64,000 nt of DNA from an uncultured Synergistaceae bacterium. GTDB lineage: Bacteria > Synergistota > Synergistia > Synergistales > 79-D21. A model generated the notes under the pieces. It was not told the origin of the DNA. It saw only the letters and a program-made list of their open reading frames with translations, and did not search any database. Every line of letters begins with the position of its first letter. Positions within the stretch are counted from its first letter, which is position 1. A program made the position numbers and the translations under genes. Location: assembly GCA_964425765.1 (NCBI GenBank), contig CAYRNZ010000007.1:9678-73677 (forward strand). Reading direction: 5' to 3'. Shown here in pieces: positions 28,364-36,327 of this stretch.

Positions 28364-28981
28364 TCATGGCCTCGATAGGTACCAGAGGGCGTAACGGTTT
28401 CTCGAACGGTAAGGTGTCGAAGCAAAATCGTGCCTTGAATCCGTCCCGAAAAGGGCAACGCCGGGAGAAAACGTTTCAAGGCTTTTCCTGACCGCCAGGT
28501 CGAGCGAGGAAGCGTCAAGCATCACGGCAACGGTATCGGCGCTGCTCGCAACGCCTATCCAGTAATCGGAGGCTTTCGGGAGTTGCTCCAGGTAACGGTT
28601 CGGCAGCGGTCCACCCGTCACTTCAAAGTAAGTCCCGTCCGGCCTCGTCATCCAAAGGGGCCATTTTCCGGTGTCGCTAAAAAAAAGCGTTGCCGCCGAT
28701 TTTATGGAACGCATGTCCTCCACCACACGAACCGCTTTCGCCTTGGCCGCTCCCGCGGAGGAAACGACAAGCAGGGCTCCGGCGAGAATCCCCACGATGA
28801 TCAGCACCACCAGGACCTCTACAAGCGTGAAAGCCCGTATCCCGCATTTTCCCGTTTCTCTCCGAGCCGTTCTTCCTTCGCCCCGGTTGGGTTTTGCAGC
28901 CTCACCATTTCCCAGGCAGATGATACCCGGAAACGACCGAAAAGCGCTGCAGAACCTAAGCCCGTGTGCCTTCAGGCCCAT
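28364..28981 (-). CDS. Prepilin-type N-terminal cleavage/methylation domain protein (pilin/pseudopilin-like)
   Basis: AFTLVEVLVVLIIVGILAGALLV class-III signal/hydrophobic helix, but 46 residues from the only in-frame ATG (28981); overlaps the ADC gene end by 10 nt. Confidence 0.65.
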   Translation of the reverse strand: MGLKAHGLRFCSAFRSFPGIICLGNGEAAKPNRGEGRTARRETGKCGIRAFTLVEVLVVLIIVGILAGALLVVSSAGAAKAKAVRVVEDMRSIKSAATLFFSDTGKWPLWMTRPDGTYFEVTGGPLPNRYLEQLPKASDYWIGVASSADTVAVMLDASSLDLAVRKSLETFSPGVALFGTDSRHDFASTPYRSRNRYALWYLSRP

Positions 28982-29790
28982 CGATGCAAGACCCTGCCCC
29001 CGGGGTAGGTATAGCCTGAACTGAAGCGATAGGCTCCAATGACCTCGATCGGGGCAAGGGGGATATGTTCCTCGAGGTTGGAGGGGAAGAACCGAAGACC
29101 GGCTTCCCCCTCCCAGGCGGAAGCCCCGAGGCGGACATCCGTAGCCCCGAGTTCGACCAGTTCCAGCACTGAAGGCTGGGCATCCGCCTCGATGGACGGG
29201 AAGTGCCGGATATGGAAGAGCGGTGCCCTGAGCGGATAGGGAAGCGTACTCGGGTCGATTTTCTCCCGGACCGTCATCGTGCCCTCGATCAGCCTCTCCC
29301 CGTGGGAAGCGACGTACCCCTTGAGGCGGGTCCCCGGCCCGATAGGCCCCATGACCGGGTTGAGAGGATGAGGTTCGGACATGTGGATTTGGCCGAGGCG
29401 CTTAGGGAAACCCATGAACCATCCCCGGGCCATCGAAAAATCGTTGTCTACCCAGATATGAAGGCAGATCTGCCCGGGTTTCCCATCGAAAGAGCATCCG
29501 GCCCAGATCGCCGCTTCCCGGTATTGCGTCCTCTCCGGGTTCTCGAAATCCAGGTCTTTTCGTTCTTCCCAGACGGAGGACCAGCGGCTGAACACCATGG
29601 AACAGATCCCGGGTTCTTCCGGAGGGCAGAGAGGTTCCGGGAGGTAGGCGTTTACGGCCTCGGGTTCCGCCCGGTAAAGGATTGAAAAGTATTCGGTCCC
29701 GTAATGCCAAGGCAAGGGACCTACCAGGGATGTTTTCCCGGCGGGGGTAAGCGGGTAGCTGTATCCTTTCAGGTCGGAAATCCGTGCCAT
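28972..29790 (-). CDS. Acetoacetate decarboxylase (ADC) family protein
   Basis: YPLTPAGKTSLVGPLPWHYGTEYFSILYRAEPEAVNAYLPEPL typical ADC-family N-terminus; ATG 29790 follows GGAGGG (track GTG 29805 includes the RBS). Confidence 0.72.
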   Translation of the reverse strand: MARISDLKGYSYPLTPAGKTSLVGPLPWHYGTEYFSILYRAEPEAVNAYLPEPLCPPEEPGICSMVFSRWSSVWEERKDLDFENPERTQYREAAIWAGCSFDGKPGQICLHIWVDNDFSMARGWFMGFPKRLGQIHMSEPHPLNPVMGPIGPGTRLKGYVASHGERLIEGTMTVREKIDPSTLPYPLRAPLFHIRHFPSIEADAQPSVLELVELGATDVRLGASAWEGEAGLRFFPSNLEEHIPLAPIEVIGAYRFSSGYTYPGGRVLHRWA

Positions 29791-29889
29791 TCTTTTTCCC
29801 TCCACGCACTTGAGATGGTTTCCCCTAGTTTAACGCACCCGTGCCCTTATTCGGCATCTCCCGGCAAGGCCCGCCAATGCGCCGGCTGA

Positions 29890-29898
29890 TGCTAAGAT
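29890..29898 (+). promoter_or_regulatory. Extended -10 promoter element TGcTAAGAT immediately upstream of the yciH-like ATG
   Basis: TGCTAAGAT at 29890-29898, 6 nt before ATG 29905; no Shine-Dalgarno sequence in between. Confidence 0.4.
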
Positions 29899-29904
29899 AT
29901 TCCC

Positions 29905-30336
29905 ATGGCGAAGAAAACGAGGATCCCTGTCGATTCAAAAGATAGCCCGACGGGTCAGCCCCTTCTGCGCGAACTCCTCGAAGCCCAGGGGGTCGTTCTT
30001 CACGAGAGCGGGTCGGCCCGCCCGGAGAGAGATGAAGAGAAGACCTCGCCGTTTCGGGCTTCGGCGGATTGGTCGACCGTAGAGCGTGTAGTGCTCCAAT
30101 TCGAAAGGAAAGGGCATGGCGGAAGGAAGGCGACCCGGGTGGAGGGATTGCCCTTCGGCAGTGAAACCATGGAGGGAATCGTTCGGGAATTGCGATCGGA
30201 AATGGGCTGCGGAGCCTGGATCGAACAAGGGAACCTGTTGCTGCAGGGGGATTTGGTCGAAAGGCTCAAGAACTGGTTTGCGAAGAAAGGTTGCAAGCGA
30301 GTAGTCGTATCCGGGAAGGGAGTGAAAGCCTCATGA
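29905..30336 (+). CDS. yciH: SUI1/eIF1-family translation factor homologue (YciH-like) with N-terminal extension
   Basis: C-terminal RKGHGGRKATRVEGLP...LRSEMGCGAWIEQGNLLLQGDLVERLKNWF matches the SUI1 fold signature; 143 aa. Confidence 0.75.
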   Translation: MAKKTRIPVDSKDSPTGQPLLRELLEAQGVVLHESGSARPERDEEKTSPFRASADWSTVERVVLQFERKGHGGRKATRVEGLPFGSETMEGIVRELRSEMGCGAWIEQGNLLLQGDLVERLKNWFAKKGCKRVVVSGKGVKAS

Positions 30337-31268
30337 TCCCCAGGCCTTTTGGGGCCAGCGACCTCGAGAGGCTCGTCGAGGAGGCTAGGCCATTTGCGCT
30401 GGGGGGCAAGGTGGCCACCTACATCCCCGAACTGGCCAGGGGCAATCCAGGAGCGCTTTCGGTTGCCGTGACGGACTCGAAGGGTGCGTCGCTCTCGGGG
30501 GGCGACACGGAAATACGTTTCACCATGCAGTCCATCTCCAAGATCGTGTCTCTCTCCCTGGCCCTTGCCGAGCTGGGAGAGGATGCCGTTTTCAGGAAAG
30601 TCGGCATGGAACCTACCGCAGACCCATTCAACTCGGTCATGCGTCTCGAGATGGTGCGGTCCCATCGCCCGCAGAACCCGCTCATCAACGCCGGGGCGAT
30701 CGTTGTCGATTCACTCCTTCCGTACGAGGACCCGGAAAAAGCCTTCGGTGCGGTCCGGGACTTGGTACGACGTATGACGGGAAACCATGGGGTCAAGGAA
30801 AACCCAGCCGTCTATCTCTCGGAAAAACGCACGGGGGACCGTAACCGCTCCCTGGCATATTTCCTGAAGAGCGTCGGGACGATCGATTCGGAGGTGGAAA
30901 CGGTCCTGGATGTCTATTTCAGGCAATGCAGCCTGGAAGTGACGGTTTCCGACCTTGCGGTCCTGGCGGCAACACTTGCGATGGACGGTTTCAACCCGAA
31001 AACCGGTGAAGAGGTCCTGCCCGGTTCGGTCTGCAGGATCGTCAGGGCGCTGATGACGACTTGCGGGCTGTATGACGGCTCAGGCGCCTTTGCCGTGCGG
31101 GTCGGTCTTCCCGCTAAAAGCGGCGTTGGGGGAGGAATCGTGGCGACGGTTCCCGGGTCCATGGGCGTGGCGGTCTGCGGGCCTGCTCTCGATCGCCAGG
31201 GGAATTCCATAGCTGGGATTGCCCTTCTCGAGCGGTTCTCGGCATCTTACGGGTTAAGGGTCCTCTAG
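30333..31268 (+). CDS. glsA: Glutaminase A
   Basis: GGKVATYIPELA, FTMQSISKIVSLSLAL (catalytic Ser-x-x-Lys), NPLINAGAI, SGVGGGIVA motifs; ATGA overlap with yciH. Confidence 0.92.
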   Translation: MIPRPFGASDLERLVEEARPFALGGKVATYIPELARGNPGALSVAVTDSKGASLSGGDTEIRFTMQSISKIVSLSLALAELGEDAVFRKVGMEPTADPFNSVMRLEMVRSHRPQNPLINAGAIVVDSLLPYEDPEKAFGAVRDLVRRMTGNHGVKENPAVYLSEKRTGDRNRSLAYFLKSVGTIDSEVETVLDVYFRQCSLEVTVSDLAVLAATLAMDGFNPKTGEEVLPGSVCRIVRALMTTCGLYDGSGAFAVRVGLPAKSGVGGGIVATVPGSMGVAVCGPALDRQGNSIAGIALLERFSASYGLRVL

Positions 31269-31282
31269 CGAGACCATGATGG

Positions 31283-31317
31283 AAAAGGGCAAGCCTCTTT
31301 TAACGGCTTGCCCTTTT
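31283..31317. terminator. Bidirectional intrinsic terminator between glsA and rubrerythrin
   Basis: AAAAGGGCAAGCC-tcttttaac-GGCTTGCCCTTTT with A/T runs on both sides. Confidence 0.8.
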
Positions 31318-31337
31318 TCGTTCTAAATTGCCTGTCT

Positions 31338-31832
31338 CTAGTCTATTTTCCTGTAAGCCTGCTTTTTTGCCCCGCAGATCGGGCAGGCGTCAGGAGTCTC
31401 TCCTTCGGCGATGTGACCGCATACCGTACAGAGGAAAAGGTCGGCGGGTTCTTCCTTTCCGAGATTCTTGAGGGCCTTTTCGTATAGCCCCGCGTGAACC
31501 GCCTCGGCTTTGCCCACAAGGTTAAGTTTCTTCGCGACGGTCTCTGCGTTTTCTTCCTTAGCCGTGGCGATAAAATCCGGGTACATCTTGGTGAACTCGT
31601 AGGTTTCGCCCTCGACGGCCGCCTTGAGGTTTTCAGCGGTGGACTTGATCATTCCGAGGGCTTTGAGGTGATCGATCGCGTGGATGGTTTCCGCTTCCGC
31701 CGCTGCCCGGAACAGCTTTGCCGCCTGGTGAAATCCTTCGGCATCAGCCTGCCTTGCAAAAGCCGTGTACTTCCTGTTTGCCATGGATTCCCCAGCAAAG
31801 GCTTCTTTCAGGTTCTCGTGCGTCTGGTTCAT
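31338..31832 (-). CDS. rbr: Rubrerythrin
   Basis: Di-iron ferritin-like domain (ENLKEAFAGESMANRKY, EAETIHA, EGETYE) plus C-terminal rubredoxin CTVCG...CPICG. Confidence 0.93.
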   Translation of the reverse strand: MNQTHENLKEAFAGESMANRKYTAFARQADAEGFHQAAKLFRAAAEAETIHAIDHLKALGMIKSTAENLKAAVEGETYEFTKMYPDFIATAKEENAETVAKKLNLVGKAEAVHAGLYEKALKNLGKEEPADLFLCTVCGHIAEGETPDACPICGAKKQAYRKID

Positions 31833-31855
31833 TCTTCAGATCCCCTCCTTCTAAA

Positions 31856-31870
31856 TTATAATAATTATAA
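31856..31870. promoter_or_regulatory. PerR-type (Fur-family) operator TTATAATaATTATAA
   Basis: Exact 7-1-7 match to the B. subtilis PerR box consensus TTATAATnATTATAA; overlaps the -10 of the rbr promoter. Confidence 0.7.
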
Positions 31871-31892
31871 ACAAGTACGACCAAGGGGTCAA
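31864..31892 (-). promoter_or_regulatory. Sigma-70-type promoter of rubrerythrin
   Basis: Minus strand reads TTGACC-17 nt-TATAAT, about 30 nt upstream of the rbr ATG with AGGAGGGG RBS. Confidence 0.65.
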
Positions 31893-31899
31893 GCGTTTT

Positions 31900-32961
31900 T
31901 CAGGCGAAAGTGGCAAACGTCTCCAGGATTTCGAGCAAACGGCATATTTCGCTACCGCCCTGCAGGCTCGACGCTGGCAGGCCTACGGTGCGCCTTCCCA
32001 GCCGGTATTCGAAAGGGAATGAATGCCGAAGGGAGGGGTTCAGGTTCCAGAGAACAGGGCATTCCATCCCTCGCTCGCGCATGATGGCGGAGAGCAAGCC
32101 GCTGTCTCCGGATACTTCGACGGGCAGCACGAGTGGACCGGAGTCCTCCGGTATATTGGGGAACACGGGTTTCAGCAGGACTGCCAATCTCGGTTCATCG
32201 ACAATGCATTCCAGCAGCTTCCGGGCGAACTCCCTGCGAAGCCTCGCTTCTTCCGGGAAGTCTTTCCCAATGAGAGCCCGCCAGGCACTGGGAGCGGGGT
32301 TTCTCGGGAAGTCCGGCAAGCCGGAATCGAGGCGTTCTTCCGCTTTTTCCAGGAGTTCCCTGCCAAGGAGGGGCATCCCCCCCCGGATGGCCCGGAAGGC
32401 TTCCTCCCTTTCAGAGGCAAGGGAAGGATCCGGAGGGTTCAGCCGCGTCTCGACCGGAAACCGCGAAACAAGTGCCCCCCCATCGGCTATGTCAAAAAAC
32501 TTCCTGAAGCTGAATAGGGCAAAATCCCCTTCGAACCCCAGCCCTGCAGTGAGGGAAGAGCCCGCGCAATCCTCGATGATGTAGGGGCGGTTTGCGGTGG
32601 TGATAGACTTGACCCAATCCTGGGCCTTGTCGTTCGGGAATCCGAAATAGTGGATAACAAGGACAGCATCCCTCGGTTTCGGCCCCGGGGATGGAAATAC
32701 GGGGCGAAAGCCCGGGGCGACGCCGTATCGGCGGATTGTCATCCCTTCGTTTCTGAAAACCCGGGGAAGCGAGGGGCAACAATATGCCGGGAGCCATGCG
32801 GTCCCCGAAAACCCCAGGCTGGAGAGGACCCTCAAGGCGAGAACCAGCGCCGACCTGCCGCTGTCAGTCGGGATCACCGTCTTTCCTGATTGGAGAAAAG
32901 GGCGGAGGAATTCTTCCACTCCCCGTTTTTCCCTGGTTTGAAGATGCTCCTGGCAGCCCAT
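31900..32961 (-). CDS. DegT/DnrJ/EryC1/StrS-like PLP-dependent aminotransferase family protein (tentative)
   Basis: DSGRSALVLALRVL, IIEDCAGS and FSFRKFF (candidate PLP-Lys) are arranged like DegT-family enzymes; assignment by eye only. Confidence 0.45.
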   Translation of the reverse strand: MGCQEHLQTREKRGVEEFLRPFLQSGKTVIPTDSGRSALVLALRVLSSLGFSGTAWLPAYCCPSLPRVFRNEGMTIRRYGVAPGFRPVFPSPGPKPRDAVLVIHYFGFPNDKAQDWVKSITTANRPYIIEDCAGSSLTAGLGFEGDFALFSFRKFFDIADGGALVSRFPVETRLNPPDPSLASEREEAFRAIRGGMPLLGRELLEKAEERLDSGLPDFPRNPAPSAWRALIGKDFPEEARLRREFARKLLECIVDEPRLAVLLKPVFPNIPEDSGPLVLPVEVSGDSGLLSAIMRERGMECPVLWNLNPSLRHSFPFEYRLGRRTVGLPASSLQGGSEICRLLEILETFATFA

Positions 32962-33021
32962 GAGGATATCATATCAGGGGGAAAGGCTTCGAGCCCCCGG
33001 GAAAGGAGCGCAATCCTGACG

Positions 33022-33603
33022 ATGGAAAATGCCTTCGACCGCGTTGCCCCTTTTTACGACAGGTGGATCGGCCGTTTCATGTCCGGGAGGATGGACCGGA
33101 TGGTTTCGATGTTGGCCTGTTCGCCCGAGGAGGTGGTCCTGGACCTCGGCGGCGGGACGGGGCTTCTTTCACAGCGCCTGGTTTCCCGGTGCAGGGAAGT
33201 TCATCTCCTTGACGAAAGCCCTGCCATGGTTCGGCAGGTCAGGCACGGGCAAGTCAGGGTACAGGTTGGAAACGCGACGCAAGCCCCATATCCGGACCGC
33301 TTTTTCGATGCCATCGTCCTTTCCGACGTTCTTCACCACGTCAGGGAACAAAACCTACTCCTGGATGAAGTGTGCCGTTTGCTCAAGCCCGGCGGACGCC
33401 TTCTGGTCAACGAAGTGGACCTGGAGCGGGCTTTGGGAAGGGGCGTTGCCTCGCTCGAGACGCTTTTCTTCGTCAGGGTCTTTCCGACGAGTTTCCGGGA
33501 GCTTGGGGAAAAGCTCGGGTCCATAGGATTCAGGCTCATGGAAGAAAAGCGCGATGCCTGGAGCTTTATCGGCCTTTGGAGGTTCGCCCCGCAGTCACCG
33601 TAA
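33022..33603 (+). CDS. Class I SAM-dependent methyltransferase
   Basis: FDRVAPFYD..., VLDLGGGTG motif I, FFDAIVLSDVLHH, LLKPGGRLLV; ATG 33022 chosen (32890 would overlap the divergent gene). Confidence 0.8.
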   Translation: MENAFDRVAPFYDRWIGRFMSGRMDRMVSMLACSPEEVVLDLGGGTGLLSQRLVSRCREVHLLDESPAMVRQVRHGQVRVQVGNATQAPYPDRFFDAIVLSDVLHHVREQNLLLDEVCRLLKPGGRLLVNEVDLERALGRGVASLETLFFVRVFPTSFRELGEKLGSIGFRLMEEKRDAWSFIGLWRFAPQSP

Positions 33604-34224
33604 GGGTTTTTCGTGGCGCAGGCGGAGTTCCCGAAAAATTTCGACAGGGCTCATTCCCAGGGAAATTAACCCCACGAGCAAGTGGTAGAGCAGGTCTGCC
33701 GCTTCGTAACGGAACTGCTCCCTGTTTTCAAGTGCTACGGCGAGAGCCGTTTCGACCCCTTCTTCGCCGATTTTCTGGCCGATACGGGGAAGGCCGTCGT
33801 TGAACAGGCGAGCCGTGTAGCTTTCTTCTAGAGGAGCATTGCGTCTCTTTTGCAGGATCCTCCACAAGCGTCCCAGGAAAGTGCAGTCCGTTCCTCCTTC
33901 TCCCAGGATCGACCGGAAGAAGCAGGACCTCTCACCCGTGTGGCAGGCCGGGCCTGCCGGTTCGACGATCGCCAGGAGGGCGTCTCCATCGCAATCCTGT
34001 TTCAGTTCCACTAGCTTCATCGTGTTGCCGCTCGTTTCTCCCTTCTTCCAGAGACGATTCCGTGAACGGCTGAAAAAAGTCAATTCGCCGCTCGAGATCG
34101 TGTGCTCCAGCGCCTCGCGGTTTGCCCAGGCCAGCATGAGGACTTCTCCCGATACCGCGTCCTGGGCTACCATCGGGACAAGCCCGTTCGGATCAAAACG
34201 GATTTCTTCAAGAAGAGGTTTCAT
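33595..34224 (-). CDS. hisIE: Bifunctional phosphoribosyl-AMP cyclohydrolase / phosphoribosyl-ATP pyrophosphatase
   Basis: LVPMVAQDAVSGEVLMLAWANREAL...WKKGETSGN...CHTGERSCFF plus HisE tail EEGVETALA...EAADLLYHLLV; ATG 34224 overlaps the hisF stop (ATGA). Confidence 0.92.
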   Translation of the reverse strand: MKPLLEEIRFDPNGLVPMVAQDAVSGEVLMLAWANREALEHTISSGELTFFSRSRNRLWKKGETSGNTMKLVELKQDCDGDALLAIVEPAGPACHTGERSCFFRSILGEGGTDCTFLGRLWRILQKRRNAPLEESYTARLFNDGLPRIGQKIGEEGVETALAVALENREQFRYEAADLLYHLLVGLISLGMSPVEIFRELRLRHEKPLR

Positions 34225-34997
34225 GCCTTTTCCTCCATTTCTCCCAGGCGCACCGGTACCCCGGCTTTTTGCAGTGCCGACTTGGCCTGGCGTATGCCGA
34301 CGATACCGTAGTGGAAGATCGAGGCCGCAAGGGCCGCATCTGCGCCCGCTTCGAAAGCCTGCAGCATATGTACTGCGGAACCGGCTCCGCCGGAAGCGAT
34401 AAGGGGGACAGGTACGGCTTCTGAAACCGCGCGGAGCAGTTCGAGATCGTAACCGTCGTTTGTGCCGTCCCTGTCCATGCTGGTAAGGAGAATCTCTCCG
34501 CAGCCGAGCCGGGCGCCTTCCCTTGCCCAGGGGACGACGTCGAGCCCCGTCCCCGTTTTCCCCCCCTCGATGAAGACCTTCCAGCGCCCCTCGCCGGTCT
34601 TTCGTGCGTCTATGGCCAGGACCACGGCCTGCCTGCCCAGCGTGCGGGCGCATTCCTCGATCAGTGCGGGCTTCCTTACGGCCGATGTGTTGAGGGAAAC
34701 CTTGTCTGCCCCGAGGGCGATGATCTCCCTCGCTTCAGAAGACTCAGAAATGCCCCCTCCAACGGTGAAGGGGATAAACAGCTGGTCCGCCACCGACTTG
34801 ACCCATTCGCGCATGGTCCTGCGCCGTTCTGCCGAGGCGGAAATATCGAGGAAGACAAGCTCGTCCGCGCCCTCGCTCATGTATGTAGCGGCGAGCACGG
34901 CAGGGTCGCCCGCATCCTTCAGATCCAGGAACCGGATTCCTTTGACAACCCGGCCATCCTTAATGTCGAGGCAGGGAATGATCCTTTTCAGCAGCAT
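34221..34997 (-). CDS. hisF: Imidazole glycerol phosphate synthase cyclase subunit
   Basis: MLLKRIIPCLDIKDGRVVKG..., DELVFLDISAS, TVGGGI, SGGAG motifs. Confidence 0.95.
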   Translation of the reverse strand: MLLKRIIPCLDIKDGRVVKGIRFLDLKDAGDPAVLAATYMSEGADELVFLDISASAERRRTMREWVKSVADQLFIPFTVGGGISESSEAREIIALGADKVSLNTSAVRKPALIEECARTLGRQAVVLAIDARKTGEGRWKVFIEGGKTGTGLDVVPWAREGARLGCGEILLTSMDRDGTNDGYDLELLRAVSEAVPVPLIASGGAGSAVHMLQAFEAGADAALAASIFHYGIVGIRQAKSALQKAGVPVRLGEMEEKA

Positions 34998-35710
34998 CGT
35001 TTCTCGACCTCCATCGCCTGTTGGATCGTCACGGTTCCCTCGTAGAGAGCCTTTCCCAGGACGGCATCGGACAGGCCGATTCTTTCCAGGGCTTCCAGGT
35101 GTTCCGGCCGGGCGATGCCCCCCGCTGCCGTGATCCCCATGGCCGGCAGAATTTTCCTGATACCGTCGTAAAGCTCCAGGTCGGGTCCCAGGCCCGTTCC
35201 GTCCCTTTCGACCGAGGTCACGAGGCATTTGACGAATCCTGTGGAATGAAGTCCTTTTAGGATGCCAAAGGGACTCTCCGGCAGTTCCTCCTTCCAACCC
35301 TTGATGGAGACGAGGCCCCGCTTGACGTCCACGGCCGGGATGATCCGATCGCCGAACAGGCCGAACAGGTCTTCAGGCATCCGGGGTGAAGAGAGAAGGA
35401 GGCTCCCGATCATGACAAAAGAAGCGCCGGCTTCGATCACTCTTTCGATGACCCTTGCGGAGCGTAGTCCACCCCCATAGCGTATCGTGATGCCCAGCGA
35501 GGCGAGGGAGGGCAAAAGTCGGTCATGGATCGGCTCGCCCTTCTCCGCTCCCTCGAGGTCGACGATATGAAGCCGCCGGCACCCTCCGCCAAGGAATCTG
35601 CCTGCCACCTCGAGGGGATCTTCCGCGTAATCCTTCCTGCTGGAAAACTCCCCTCGGGTCAGCCGGACGACTTTCCCACCGTAAAGGTCGATCGCGGGCC
35701 AGACGATCAT
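34988..35710 (-). CDS. hisA: ProFAR isomerase HisA
   Basis: MIVWPAIDLYGGKVVRL...LHIVDLEGA...YGGGLRS...DGTGLGPDLEL...AAGGI. Confidence 0.93.
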   Translation of the reverse strand: MIVWPAIDLYGGKVVRLTRGEFSSRKDYAEDPLEVAGRFLGGGCRRLHIVDLEGAEKGEPIHDRLLPSLASLGITIRYGGGLRSARVIERVIEAGASFVMIGSLLLSSPRMPEDLFGLFGDRIIPAVDVKRGLVSIKGWKEELPESPFGILKGLHSTGFVKCLVTSVERDGTGLGPDLELYDGIRKILPAMGITAAGGIARPEHLEALERIGLSDAVLGKALYEGTVTIQQAMEVEKRCC

Positions 35711-36327
35711 GAGTTCCCTCTCTGGAGGCGTTTGAAAAAAACGTCCAGGAAACGAAGTCCCTCCAGCCCGCTGCGCTCCGGGTGAAACTGGAAGCCGGCG
35801 ACGCTGCCCGCCATAGAAATCGAGCTGAACGTCGCTCCGTCGACGGTCGTTTCCGCAACGGTGACAACGTTGACCGGTGCGGCGAATCCGTGAACAAAAT
35901 AAGCCTCGAGTCCGTCGGGGAAACCCTCGGAGATACCAGATACACCTCGAACCCATCTCACGCGGTTCCAGCCCATGTGGGGGGATTTTTTCAGGTTTTC
36001 AAGGGGTGCAACCTCGCCCGGGAAAAAGCCCAGGCCTTCGTTGTCCCCGTCCTCGAGGCTTCCCTCGTAGAGGAGCTGCATACCGAGGCATATCCCGAGC
36101 AACGGCTTTCCCCCGCGCACCCATTCCTGCAGAAAAGGGATCCATCCCCTGCGGGAAAGCTCTCTCATAGCCGGGGGGAAAGCCCCGACACCAGGAAGGA
36201 CGAGAAGTCGCGGATCAATTCCCTTTTCTGCGGGGTTTTCCAGCAGCCGGGCCTCATGGCCCAGGAAGCGCATCGCCCTTAGCACGTTCCCGAGGTTGCC
36301 GGCCCCGTAATCGACGATCCCGATCAT
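35707..36327 (-). CDS. hisH: Imidazole glycerol phosphate synthase glutamine amidotransferase subunit
   Basis: MIGIVDYGAGNLGNVLRA..., LPGVGAF, GICLGMQLL (catalytic Cys), FQFHPERS. Confidence 0.95.
   Translation of the reverse strand: MIGIVDYGAGNLGNVLRAMRFLGHEARLLENPAEKGIDPRLLVLPGVGAFPPAMRELSRRGWIPFLQEWVRGGKPLLGICLGMQLLYEGSLEDGDNEGLGFFPGEVAPLENLKKSPHMGWNRVRWVRGVSGISEGFPDGLEAYFVHGFAAPVNVVTVAETTVDGATFSSISMAGSVAGFQFHPERSGLEGLRFLDVFFKRLQRGNS

Noticed and set aside
28679-28686. A8/T8 homopolymer inside the pilin-like gene as a phase-variation switch
   Set aside because: A tract of eight is at the low end for slipped-strand switching. The tract encodes an ordinary LFF segment, and there is no evidence of alternative frames.
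33595-34653. Arg-rich 140-aa N-terminal extensions on the hisIE ORF, and likewise on the hisF, hisA, hisH, hisG and response-regulator ORFs in the track
   Set aside because: The extensions run through the 3' ends of the upstream genes in another frame. Conserved N-termini begin at internal ATGs that make 1-17 nt overlaps with the upstream stops.
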